In this document: one piece after another, positions 52,001-64,000 of the stretch
Layout of the letters: each line of letters begins with the position of its first letter
Position numbering within the stretch: position 1 is the stretch's first letter
Origin: Tubiluchus corallicola
Lineage: Eukaryota > Animalia > Priapulida
Assembly: GCA_030141605.1 (NCBI GenBank)
Contig: JAQGDQ010000005.1
Location: 1,922,180-1,986,179 of the forward strand
Direction: 5' to 3'
DNA: 64,000 nucleotides
The notes under the pieces: model-generated
Told to the model about the DNA's origin: nothing
Database searches by the model: none
The model's input: the letters and a program-made list of their open reading frames with translations, nothing else
Translations under genes and position numbers: made by a program

Positions 52001-55000
52001 GCAGAGTAAGAACTAAGAAGCCTGTCACATGAAGTTGTTGGTAACTACATCCATAATTATCACTAATGTTTACTTCTTTCAGATAGTTAGCCAAAAATTG
52101 CAATTGAGCAGTCAGTCTAATCACCACTGACGGAGTAACAGACCAATCACGTACAAGGTGGTCCATTATGCAACGCTGTATTTTTGTAGGCTGTTTCCCG
52201 ATTCATGTACCGATTACATGTGTACAATGAAATTCTTTACGTTACCATAATAATTCATAAATAAATAAGCTGTGATAAATAAACATATTACTACGACAAA
52301 AATATTAATTTTACTACAATAAAAATATTATCTATGCAAGCTGCACATAGCCGTAAAGTGTAAAATGACACTAAGAAATAAGCTACAATGCATTTGGCAT
52401 CCGAGTGTCAGTATGATTCAGAATGAATTGCTATGCAAAAGTACAAGAAAATGATTTGGCGTCTCACAAGTTTATAATTTTAAATAACTCTTTTTTTCAC
52501 TTTTTTGCGTAGTTACTCTAAATAAATATAAAAGCAAAGTGAAGTGATTGTATAAAGGTAAGCGATAAGCAACGATACGTGCCAAATTTGATATGACAAT
52601 GATAATCCTAGAATATTATCGATACGATAACAATAGCGAATCAATACGATAATTGATAATTATCGATAGTTATCATTATCGTTATCATCCCTAACTCACT
52701 GCCAGTTGTAATTCATTAATATGTCGCAAGGTTATAACAGATGTGTCATGTAGCTGAAGTAACATTATTTTAGATTGTGAAATAAGATTAACTCTTAGAT
52801 ACTTTACTTTTAGATGAGAAATATCACAACATTATATTTATTATTATGTTACAGGTTTACTCGTTGATTTGGTGACATACCAATTCCATGGCGTCGATAT
52901 TCTTTCACCACTCCGAGACTGAGTATATAAGCTACCTGAGTACACACTGGAAAGCTCGAGGCTAATATGTCTTGATCCTGAAATATATGAAATTGGTAGT
53001 GAGTGAATTCAGTAAACTGAAAATATTCAGAAAAAAAGATTTTTATTAGAGTCATATCAGAATATGGATCATGATCAGAATGAAATCCCTTGGTTAGGTT
53101 TATGTATAAATGCTACAGTATCTTTATTATATTAACACGTGTACTTTAAATACAATGAAAAGTAGCAAAACAAAAACCTTGAATTTTACGCTGAACAACG
53201 ACTAACAAATCGATACCAAACAAACACATTAATTTTAATATAAATAACCTTGACCCACAATTAAAAATTTCAGTTTTTCTTTCTAGTAGTTCTCTACTAA
53301 GTTATGAACAGAACATAATTGTATTTAACCTAACCATCTACCGATTTTAATTATCTTAATTAACAATTGGAATAGTTATGTATATTTTGTGATAGATTTG
53401 TTTTTCCTGTTAAACTGCAGTCCTGTGAATTTTGCAGCCTGAGGCAACCTGATCAGCATTTATTTGCTGTTTGCCAAAGGCAAGTATTTGAAACAGATGT
53501 TTATAAAAAAAATTCATGCTGAAGGTGATGGTGAAGCAAAACATTTTTTACTGCTTGACACACATTAACGCAATAAAAAATTTATCTGGTATTGCACAGT
53601 ATTTTGTTACATAATTTTGACTGATTGAAATGCTATTTAATATTGAATTGCATTTATTGCTATACTCAAAAGTTTTTGAACATTTCTAATTTATGTAATT
53701 TTTTAAAATAGATTTAAGATGAGTAGATTATATACTTAAAGGTGTTTTAGATGCAGTACTGTTTTTTATCAATGTATTTCCTACTAACCAATCATTATAG
53801 CAAACAATAATATATGCGAATTTATAAGCAGGAGCAATGGTAACTTGTTTTAAAATACAAAGAGAACTCTGCCACACTGAATAAAACTGATTAGCGATTA
53901 CTGCTTATCATCATTTTTAAACTAAAATTTTCCCTGTAACAAAACTACAGTGATGACGATGATTCATTAAACTGTTAATCAAGCTTCACTCTGTATATTT
54001 CATTTCTAAATGTATAGAGAACCACCATCCACACCAGCCTTATACTATACAAAGCTATGATAAACATAATTTACATTTTTCATTAAACAAAAAAAAAACA
54101 CAGGCCCACTGAACACAACTAATTTAGAGTCAAAAGTAGATGTAATTGCCAACTGAGAATATTATCAATAGCTTTTCTATTAAAAAACCAACAAAGCAAT
54201 AAATTAAACAAATTTCTGTATCAGAATAAACAGAAAAACATATACATTAGAAGCAGTTTGTCAATGCAAAAATAGCAAAATATCTATGAACAAACTGCAT
54301 ACAAAGTTTGTTACAAATGATTCTATTTATGTGAATACCTCTCTATTACACCTTGTTTTTGACTTGATTTCGGAAACTATGAGGCCTATGATTCTGCCAT
54401 GCAGTACAGCAGCAAGAGAATAGAACTTCGGATTAGAAGTGATGTCTTTGTACCATGTATCCGGGTACCTATAAGAAAAGAATTGTAATTTGGACTGTGG
54501 GATTGTTAAATATAATGATAATATATAGCAAAGTTTTACTAATTCTTTTCAGAGATGCTGATCCTAATAAGAGGCTTCCACTGCATCCACAAACACTGAT
54601 ATGCACAGTGGCAGACTGGGTCAAAAATTTCTATCCAGAAAACTTGTAAAAAGGAACCCATTGAAATGGGTCCAGAAAGGCCTAATACTCAAACAGATCA
54701 AAAATGACCCACTTGAGTACTAAACATAAAATATTTAAACTCAGCTGCGAAGAAAATAACTCCCATTTTTCTGTAATTCCTTGTTCATCTATTGGTGCTT
54801 CAGCTCTGCTGCCTTATCAATTAATATATCTCATTAATCACAAAAAATAACTGAAAATTGAATATTAGATGGCTTGTGTTTTATAAGTCCTCCATCACAA
54901 AAAAGTGAAATAAAACATAAACGATTATTAACATTTCTGAGTGTATGCCTGTGCATGTCACACAAAACTTCAAGTACTATAAAAAAGTTAAAAGAAATCT

Positions 55001-55908
55001 TGATAGTTTTGTTAATTCGGATAATTTCAGCTTTCTTGTTTGGACTTGAGTGTGCACTAAAAATAAGGTCATTCTCAATGACTGCTATTTAGCAGCAGAA
55101 TTAGTTTTGCTAATTTTCAACTGCCTAAAATAGCAGCAAAATCCAGAGAGCTGTTACTTGCTGGAAACTCTCAACATGTTTAGCAGATACACTTTGTGAG
55201 CTTGTAAGCTTTTGGCAAATGTGTATAGTGACCGACACAGAAAATCTTTTGGAGTTTGCATATTTTACACTCATAGAAATGTTTCCACTGCATTCGTAAA
55301 GTCTGGAAGAAAGCATTTTTCCTTTGTCGTTATTACAATGAATCACAAAAATCAGAACCTTTCGGAAATAAGCTATAACAGAACATATCCTAAGTAGGCC
55401 TATAGCATTTTTGATATGCTACGACCGTTAATCATTTGTACAAAATCAATTAACAAACTCCAAAATAATCAAACTGTTTCGATATTACTGAAGTTTAAAA
55501 ATGATTCACATTTTAACAAAAATGTGAAATGTGTGTGAAATGTATGTTAGTGCCATTTTATATTCTTCACCTTTTGACTTAAACTGGAGATACTATTCTT
55601 CATCTAGACTAATCTTAATTTCATCATTTGTTATGTATCGTTTTTAATACAATTATGAGTTTGCTTAGCATTTTAGTTATCGTTTCATTCAAAAATAGGA
55701 CATCAACATTTAGTCATTTCAATAAATTATAGTAACTAATATCAACTTTTTACAGTTTACAAACCTACAAAATCTACAGTACATACTCAATGGGAAACCA
55801 TTCACTGCACAGCAGTCGCACAGCATGAATATCATCCGGACATAAAAATCGGAGTTGAATCTCACTGGTAACAATGCTCATGCAATAACCAGGGTTGCTT
55901 GTACTCAT
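46072..55908 (-). CDS. NAA60: N-alpha-acetyltransferase 60 (NatF), 243 aa
   Basis: Exons 55908-55787, 54468-54339, 52977-52881, 48942-48776, 48060-47993 and 46219-46072, all phases consistent. IQLRFLCPDDIHAVRLLCSEWFPIEYPDTWYKDIT..QVAYILSLGVVKEYRRHGIA..KAIYLHVL..FYYSIRG..DGYTYVLYINGGQPPW..DYIKQFGSVLA. A second in-frame ATG is at 55881; a probable 5'-UTR intron spans ~56017-56255. Confidence 0.95.
46316..47347. repeat. Diverged direct repeat (~46316-46560 and ~47121-47347) inside the U12 intron
   Basis: Both copies carry aaatattaaatttt..aaccaaac..tgactatgaa and aattcaaattcataaaag..tttttgtacagc..cactctgca. Confidence 0.65.
46598..47087. mobile_element. Tc1/mariner-superfamily (Tigger/pogo-like) MITE remnant with TA flanks
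   Basis: Right end acaaccgaggtatcactg|ta (TIR reads CAGTGATACCTCGG); degenerate left end ta|caaatacctc. The string gaaaaccaatttg occurs near both ends. Confidence 0.5.
50976..51573 (+). mobile_element. TTAA-type (Kolobok-like) non-autonomous element, copy C (most complete)
   Basis: TTAA|AGCAAAACAGGAC ... ATCCGGTTTTCCT|TTAA: imperfect TIR, AG..CT termini, TTAA on both sides (50972-50975 and 51574-51577). Confidence 0.8.
52560..52693 (-). mobile_element. hAT-like MITE terminus (TAGGGATGATAACGATAA with cgata subterminal repeats)
   Basis: ...ttatcgttatcatcccta ends at 52693, preceded by many cgata/tatcg motifs. A similar cgata cluster at ~50857-50910 may be the other end. Confidence 0.4.
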
Positions 55909-56541
55909 TCGTTAAGAAAAATTTAGTTGACAGAGTCTGTTTTGTAATTTCTATTGCACATAGCTCTAGAGATTAATCAGTAATCACCGATAGAACACAA
56001 GCTCCATTTAATGCCTGTGAAAACAAACGTATGATCATTTAAACAAGGCTCTAATAGATTTGGCAACTATGACTATGAACATAAATATAAATATGATTGA
56101 TTCATGGATGACAGTTAAATTTCTATTTATTAAATTAAATTCTGCAATTCAACAAGCAAATCAGATATTTCGAAACCCATTTCAGACTCCTTCTGTGTTT
56201 TAACGGGCTTTTAAAACTTATATAACCATTGTTTTGACAGAATAGGTACTTTTACCTGAAAAGAGCTTCCAAATATCACTTTCGCTTATTGAAATTCTTA
56301 GTTCTATAAATGCTGAGTAGATAATTGTGGAATTTGACTTGAATATACACTTGCTTGACTATTTCCATGTTTATTGTTTAGCCAATTAAATTTGGCAAAA
56401 TTTAAGCACTTCATTGTTAAACCAACTATACTATGCGCCAACATTTTTGCAGTCCTAATGCGAGTGGTGTGAAAAGGTTTCATTTTAACTGGCTTCTATA
56501 ATGACGACATAAATGTACAGTTGTAATAGAAAGTAGACACG

Positions 56542-57368
56542 CATGGGTGTCTGCTGGGGGTGGCAAACAGGTCACTTGATTCATAAGGTTTCAAAGTTGG
56601 AACCTTATCATTAATTCCCTAAGGAGTGTTAGGACTTGGACATTTCTATTCTCGGCCTCACTCAGTAGCATGGTAAATTAGCTGATATAAGCTATTTACA
56701 CTCTGGCTTAAGAGGCCAGGATCAGCGGTCAAGCAGTCACTACGAACAGTGACAGCTTAGGATAAACCACAGCCGCTGATACAAAGTGGATTAGTGGCAA
56801 AATCATGGAGTGTCAGGTCATGTTTATCTGAAAAGTTTTTCCTTTTTCTTTTGTATCTCCCTATTTTTATATTGGAATTTTCATGATTTTTTTTCTCACA
56901 AGAACTTGCGAGAACTACAATACTCTCTAGCTTTAAATCGTGGAAAACTCTGTTCACGAATATTACTTTTACCATTAATTATATGATAGAGTTCTTTTCA
57001 TTTAAACTCCAGAATCGGTTAGATGTCGGGATGTCACACTATCGTTTTATGGGTCATTCAATACTCAGGACTGTATTCAAAAGGAGTATGTTATCTTTTA
57101 TATATTATTCTTAATTCACTGTTTCCACGTTCCAACCCCATTTTTTATGTATCAACATATATAATATTATAGTTAGTAATCAGTATAAAAGGTAGTAACA
57201 GTGCTCCAAACCCAACCCTAGCTGTAGGCACTTGCTGTCCTTGCCTGTCCCACCCCACTGCACCATATGAAGGCCTAGGAGTATGATAATTTCAAGCAAG
57301 AAATTGAGATACAGAGTATATCCCTTTGCCCCCCCTCCCCCACTGGAAAAGTTCAGCGGATACCCTTG
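56542..57368. mobile_element. hAT-like non-autonomous element just upstream of NAA60
   Basis: TIR CATGGGTGTCTGCTG versus CAAGGGTATCCGCTG (12/15); 8-bp flanks tagacacg and taggcatg (6/8). Confidence 0.55.
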
Positions 57369-57489
57369 TAGGCATGTATACATCGCAAGTGATTACAGCA
57401 ATACAGATCATTGCTCTGCATTAAAGTTCCTTTGCTCCTCATTTTTATTTTGGTGGAGGATACAGTGCTCAGCCGAAAAAAAAGTATTT

Positions 57490-57750
57490 TGGCCCCTTGC
57501 TAAAGTGTCAGAACTACTAGAACAGTATCAACTTAAATATGTTGATATAAATATGATAAAAAATCAAAGAAGAAAAATAGTTAAGAAGAAAAAGAAAGGT
57601 TAGATGAAGAATTTAACGAGAAAATTTGAATTGCAATCTTATCTAGAGAGGTTAGGACCAAATGAAAGTAAACAAATTTTAAATATGAGATTAAATATGG
57701 TTGATATTAAGAGGACGTGCACAGAAGTGTTAAAAAATGGGTGTTGAAGG
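57490..57750 (+). mobile_element. Decayed fragment resembling the C-terminal part of a LINE ORF2
   Basis: W..KVSELLEQYQL..RKIVKKKKKG*MKNLTRKFELQSYLERLGPNESKQILNMRLNMVDIK in one frame across an internal TAG. The YL..L....I..R.NM pattern is recalled from LINE ORF2 tails. Confidence 0.4.
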
Positions 57751-60199
57751 TTAAGTCATGTGTTAGAATATTGGAAAACAATATACGAAATGACACTTGT
57801 CAACAAGATGTGACAGATATGTGATTGTCAATGTCATATGGAATGGAAGCACTGTTAATTTCTCTTGCATATCTTTACAGAGCATAGGATATGGTAGTTT
57901 GCGATATCAATAGTCCAACAAAGAGATCATTGAAACATCTTGATAGAAATAAACAGTTTTTCATCATGTAGCCAACATTGTAGTTTTTTAATAGTTAACC
58001 TAGGCAAGTGCTAACTTGCGAATTTATAATAGGAAAACATACTGCACCCTAAAGTTTAATGTACAAAAAAAACTTAATTGATTAGTTACATGTATTCAGT
58101 TACATATTTTACTTAAATACATTTAATATATCATTAAAACTTATAAATATTAGTTACATGGTTTCAAATACATATTCTCAGAAATGACATACACACCATA
58201 CCTCATCAATAAGCCACCATCATCAGTAGTAAATCTCCAGGAGTTATAAATATAACTTTTGAGATAAATAGTTCTTCCACTGTAATTACGACAAATACCA
58301 CATACATTAGATTATCATCAACACCTAGGTGGTTCTAAATACCGTAAATATCCATCATAAATACATTAAACATTCTGCAGATTTAACGTCGGTTTGGAGT
58401 GCAAAAATCTTAGTTTGTAAATAAAAATTAATAAAGCAACCCGAGAAGATTGGCGGGTTAAAAAGCTAATTTACGCTTAACCCCTATCCACGCGTAATTA
58501 AATACTATTTTCCGAAATACAAAAAATTGTATTTATCCATAACAGATACTGATTTAGCCTAATTTTAAGACATCTCAAATAAAAATTTTACCTTTTTCAC
58601 TTTTCATGCCAAAAATAATATTTATTTCGCTTTATAGCAAAATTTGCACAGTTTTTCAAGTATAAGTTAGGTCTTAGAACGCCGAGAGCACACTAACACC
58701 CAACACTACGAGCATAAAACGCATTTACGCACGGGACAACATCAATCGTCATCGGTGTTGGATGAATGAACTACGGTTTGTTTTTTACACCAGATTCTTC
58801 AATAGAATTTACTAACTATTAAAGCATAAACCACTAACAATTTTATAACACGACCAATTCGAATCGTCAACATGGCAATCTCAGTTCAGGCCAACACTTT
58901 CCTGGTTAATTTTTGTAACTGTTTTTAAGTAAATGACAAAAAGAAAATATTACTGTACAGACTGTCTCTTCCTGGCACAAGATGTGCTAGAAGCAGTCAC
59001 TGTCAGCTGTTTAGACAAATTATCAACCATTGCAATGAAGTCATTTGAATTAATTCTTGAATCCCAAGCCAGCAGGGTATCAAAGTTAACTGTTAGATTT
59101 TTTTGTTTTACACAACCCCAATTCTAATAAAAAAATCAATGGCAATTACTAATTGCAATTGCAATTGAAAGATTTTCGAACGAGTTTTCGAACAAACAGT
59201 AAAAAATAGTCTTAGAAAGATCATGCATATTACTCGATCTTGTTCTGCAATAAAACCACTAATTTCTTTAAAATTGTGTACAGAAATCACAGCTAAATTA
59301 TGCCAATTGCATGACGTTTCAATCAATTAATGATAAAGAACGTATGCGATTGAAGTGCTGAATTATTCGAATCTATAGTTTAGGGTCGAATCGAATTCGA
59401 ACTAAAAAAACTCTCTATTTGAATGCTCACCCCTACTGGACAGACATCTGCTGTCTTAGATTTCGTTCTTACCAACTATCCAAACCTAGTTGACAATCTG
59501 TAGCACCAATTGGAAAATCAGACTACAGTGTTGTGATGATAGAAGTTTACATGCCCGCAAGCATTTTCAGCAATTGAATTTACTGAACATCAACATGTGG
59601 TCAAATTTAACTTCAAAAATGTGTGCTATGATGTCTTTCAAGATAGCTTGCAACATGTAAGCCAGAGCAATACCAATATGAAAATAAATTGTTAAAGACA
59701 AGCCTATGAAATTCTGGATGCATGTCAAGAGAACACATTACACGAATAAAAATAGAAATTAATTCACACAAAAATTAGCTATTGTCTATTCTCAGTTAAC
59801 AATGAGTAAAGTACAGTTATTAATAAACGAGCTGCATCGACATAGCCTGCTAAAAATTACGTGACTTCCACACATGTAAGTCATACAATTTCGCATATAT
59901 ACAACCACGAACAAAAGTAATCCAACTACAGGGCTAGCACAAGACATTATAAAGCACAATAGTAGCCTTTAATATACATGACGACAGATTGCTGAAGTAA
60001 AACATAAGCAATACACAGCCATTACTGTCCTGCAGAGGGTTTTCCATGAACAGTGATGCTAGTAGCTAATCACGTCTAGATATCATCAATAGCCACCAAA
60101 TATTTTTTATAGCACTTGAAAAATGGTACATATTACCATAACAGCTTTGCACTGTGTACTTTGATATATTACACCATATATCTGCACTAAAAAGAGCCA

Positions 60200-62230
60200 C
60201 TAAAAAGGCTTGAATTTTCTGGCAGACTTCATCTCTTGCACTTTTTGTTTGTCTTCCTCAAATTGTTTCCTGAGATTTGCAATGTGATCTTTTTTTAACT
60301 GCTTTGCTTGAAATGTATAAAAATCTAGTTTTTGTCTCTGCAGCTTTTTCTTTCTTTCTCGACGTGATATCCGCCTATGAATTCCCTCTGTTCTTGCTAT
60401 GCCAGGCTTTTTACCACGTCTAGTAACTTTGATCCAACCTTCATCATCAGCCACACCAACTGCTGCATTTTCTTCTTGTTTTTGCTGCAAAAGTTTATAG
60501 AGTATTTAGACACAAATCCTTAATTCTGTCCTATGAAAAAGGCAAAACAGCAGACTGCCCATATAGTACAGTACCGCACTTCAATGGAATATTAAATTGT
60601 ATATTAAGTGTTTTAGGTTCAGCTTTTGCTTGTTGTGATGTTCAGGAATTAAGATGATTTGCCTACCATGATGAAGATAGAGAAGTTTCAAATCAAGACA
60701 TGAATAATTAAAATACCATTATGCTGAAAAATTAGAAGTCTAAATGTAGTTAGCTATGAATTCAGTTAATTACTGTCACTTATGCAAGGTTTTACTGAAG
60801 AAGCTGCTATTCAGTAGTAGTACTTTAGAGGTAGGTACTACTACTAGAAAGTCAAGAGGTCGCCTCCGTGCCAGAACAGCCATGGTCGGTATGGTAGTGG
60901 TACAGATTTTAAACCCCTTGGCATGGCCATCGCATTTCCAATAACTGGCAAAATGAATTAATTTGCAGGTCAATTATGTGCCAATTATATATCAAGTTGA
61001 TGGATATTAATATGAAATTTTCTTTACTTATTACTTATAATACTTATTAATACTTTTTAATACCAGTTTATTGTCTGACAAACTTGTCAGAAAAAACTGA
61101 AAAAGAGATAAATAACATTTTAGAAAATAAATATAAGTATCATACTTTTACTACATGTATTAATAACATCAGTGAAATACAGGTCCATGTAAAGCAGCTA
61201 ATAAAGATGACACAACGGCAGAGAAAAGGAAAAGTATGCTATCAATATTTTATAATAACAGCAACGGATAGCAAGATTAATCTTTTAATGCTACTGCTCA
61301 TCGCACACGAAGCAAAATCTATATGCAACAAGTTGAATAACAAAGATTCAGTGCTTATGCACTTGATAATGCCGTTTTTCCAACTTTGCCGTACACAGAA
61401 TTTTATTAAACGCGTTTAAATTTCTGTATACTCACTAATCATGTTTCCATGTGTGTGCTAGGCAGGGCTGGTGCTAGGAAGTGCAGGCCCAATTAGAAAA
61501 TTGTTAGTGGGCCCTCTAACCTAAAATATGAAGACTGATGCTTTATGCTTCGTGTAGTATGCCAGTCTCAGCCAAAAAGCGCTAAGGACTTGAGGCTCCA
61601 CCATTAGCCCCACTACACCACTCGCGCTAGGCAAGACTATTTTAATGTCCCTGTCTTTGTAAGAAAACTTTCAAGGGAGATCCAGTAGATAAAGTGATAA
61701 ATTTTCAAGAGGGTCAGTGACAAACTTGGGTTAGTTGTTACCACAGATATTTTCATATTTTAATTATTTTCAATGTTTTCAACAAAAGTTTAAATTTGAT
61801 CATTTGTACCTTTTCAGTTTTTAGATAATATTGATTTATGTAATCATCAACTTCCTTTTGTAAAGCCTCCTCGTCTATACAGTTGTTGTCAATGTATTCC
61901 TGGCACCATTCTGAGAATAAGAAACAAAAACATTTTTAAATTTTAGTACCACTTCTGCTTTTCTCACAAATAAAAGAAAAATGCGAGTACGTTGTTGTGA
62001 GAAAATCATAACAGAATGTAAAACTGAATAACACACTAAACACCAAACAGCAGTAATACGTAACATTTAAATAACCATGCACTATTTTAAGCAAAAAGTT
62101 CAACAGAAGTATACATAAATTGATCAAAAATTTTAATAATCAATATACTTTTCATCCCATACAGTAATGGGGCATGTTTAGCTGATGAGCCAGATGACTG
62201 ATTTTGCGAACTTTTATTTTCATTTGCCAT
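60200..62230 (-). CDS. RRP7A: Ribosomal RNA-processing protein 7 homolog, C-terminal RRP7 domain only (155 aa as modelled)
   Basis: Exons 62230-62149, 61910-61810 and 60484-60200, phases 1/0. GMKKWCQEY..EALQKEVDDYI..DDEGWIKVTRRG..LDFYTFQAKQLKKDHIANLRKQFEEDKQKVQEMKSARKFKPF. The ATG at 62230 has an in-frame TGA two codons upstream. Confidence 0.88.
61463..61623. mobile_element. Short hAT-like MITE in an RRP7A intron
   Basis: Starts CAGGGCTGGTGCTAGG; 8-bp flanks gtgctagg (61455-61462) and gcgctagg (61624-61631). The right TIR is degenerate. Confidence 0.45.
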
Positions 62231-62745
62231 CTTTCATTGACTTTCCTCAGACAACCATCATAATTCTAAAACAAGTAAATTCTGTTACATTTGTAAATAT
62301 CTTCAAGTAAATGCTTACTAGGGATAAAAAAAGTTATTTATGCTAAATTATTTAAGCCATGAATCAGTGCCGTAAAAAAGCAAACTTACAAATTTTAATG
62401 GTAGTGGAATATAATGATGCAACTGCAAGCAAAGGTTATATCAACACAACTAAAAACCTATTGAATGTAGTTGCTAATCTGAATGTACATTGTGAAAATA
62501 CTTGTTGAATGCTGTGTGGGCGGAATAAAGACAATATGAACTAAATTTAATACATTAAATATAAACAGATTAACAATAAAACAAGTAATAACATGTAAAA
62601 TGGTAAGATGTCAATTATACATAACATCACATGCTGCACATGTATATGAAATGATCAAAGTTGCAGTGAGTTCAGCTGATAGAGCTGCCAAGGAGTATGG
62701 AATGAAATGAGTGAGATTCCACATAACTAGGGGTATGGGGCAGAC

Positions 62746-63320
62746 AGAGGCAGCTCTAGGCAGTTTAATGCCCTAGGCAAAGGTATTTTTAGCACCCCCT
62801 CCTCAAAGGTCAACCCCTTCTCCACAGTTCCCACTACATCTGCAAAATTAGATTTTTCTTGCATATTATAATAAAATATAGTAGTACCTGTGTATTACAG
62901 TTATACAGGTAATATTGTATATTAGTCATTCTTGCATAATATTTTAAAATATAATGGTATCTGTGTACTAGGCTTATACATGTATTATTGCAAACTAAAA
63001 AAAATTAAGTGCAGTTAATTATCTATCTATAGCATGTGTTGACTGAAATTGAATTTATAACTCCATTGTACGTCATGGGTCTTCAGAATCAGTCAAATTT
63101 ATGATATTGTTGGCCAGGTTATCCCTCAGCTTTTTATTCGCAAAATTATTGAAACCCTAACTCCTCTTTTTCACATACACATCCATTTCATTAGGTTCAT
63201 CACATTCACAACCATAACTCTGGTTTGGTTGCATAGTTCATTAGTAATTCGTTTTACTGTTCAATGTCCGACAGTTTTTTACTTTGTTTCATGTATTTCG
63301 CTCCTGAAGACGTCAATTCT
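62746..63320 (-). mobile_element. Decayed hAT-like transposon remnant
   Basis: Terminus-like cagaggcagctctagg..gccctaggcaaa..gcaccccc at 62746. The minus strand near 63307 reads SGAKYMKQSKKL followed by stops, resembling the basic N-terminus of hAT-related ORFs. Confidence 0.35.
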
Positions 63321-64000
63321 TATAGGTTTATTTGCCATAATTATATTACGTATTATATAAATTCCAATGTAAGAAGCATTTTTTATTCATGTATATTAAG
63401 CATTTACATAGTTCTGCTGCTTTATGCATATACCAGACAACCATGGGCAAAGGTAGAGTGACACATTAGTAAATGACGTAATCTTAGGAAAACAGACATA
63501 GTAAAAATGGAAAGTGTTCTGCTGCAGGAAGACAGTTGTTACTTGCTAGCATCGATGTTAGCATTTTGACAGGAAAATAACGCAAGCAGTTTGTTTCATT
63601 TAATTAAAGTATTGCGCACTTAAGCAATTACAAATATTGTTTTTTAGCACTTGCTTATGCTGTTGCATGGCAGAGCAGGGGATTGCAATTGCGTATGTTT
63701 ATTATGTTCACGATTGCAATACAACTGTGATTATGTCTATATTTGTATATATGTTTGCATATGCATGCATTCATTTCAATGATCACCAACAAACTGAAGT
63801 TATTATTTTATAATCCTGAAAAGAGTGGCTGATTCGATAACCTTGTGGATTTGGCCACACTTTCTCACTGAATTTGAATTTTGTTTGTTTTGCTTTACAT
63901 TGTACTATACCATTCAAGAAGATAAAAAATTATTATCTATCTATCTGTGTTTATTTATTTCGTTTTATTTGGAATTCTTGAATTTAAATAAATAGTCTAC

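Noticed and set aside
60668-60728. ATGATGA...CTGA as a C/D box snoRNA in an RRP7A intron
   Set aside because: It lies antisense to the host transcript, with no terminal stem or recognisable rRNA guide.

Overview
AT-rich, intron-containing eukaryotic DNA, most consistent with an invertebrate animal genome (GT-AG introns, LINE and MITE remnants, microsatellites; no prokaryotic operons, CRISPR arrays, rRNA or intact tRNA seen). Six protein-coding loci could be reconstructed by hand from splice sites and reading frame. (1) A 5'-incomplete + strand single-pass membrane protein, LamG-LamG-Ig-TM, with a ~450-aa Pro-rich cytoplasmic tail carrying five WH2-like repeats (1788-12054). (2) A + strand, largely disordered protein with AT-hook cores and an ALDLS motif (~20502-21915). 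(3) DUSP19-like phosphatase (-). (4) A GTP-dependent PEPCK with no introns in its coding region (+). (5) NAA60 (-), whose last intron is a U12-type AT-AC intron. (6) An RRP7A-like gene (-) that appears to lack the N-terminal RRM. Introns and intergenic regions hold a disabled LINE, three copies of a TTAA-flanked MITE, hAT- and Tigger-like MITEs and two foldback elements. The most novel-looking object is the LamG/Ig receptor with tandem polyproline plus WH2-helix repeats. All family assignments come from motif recognition by eye; no database search was run.
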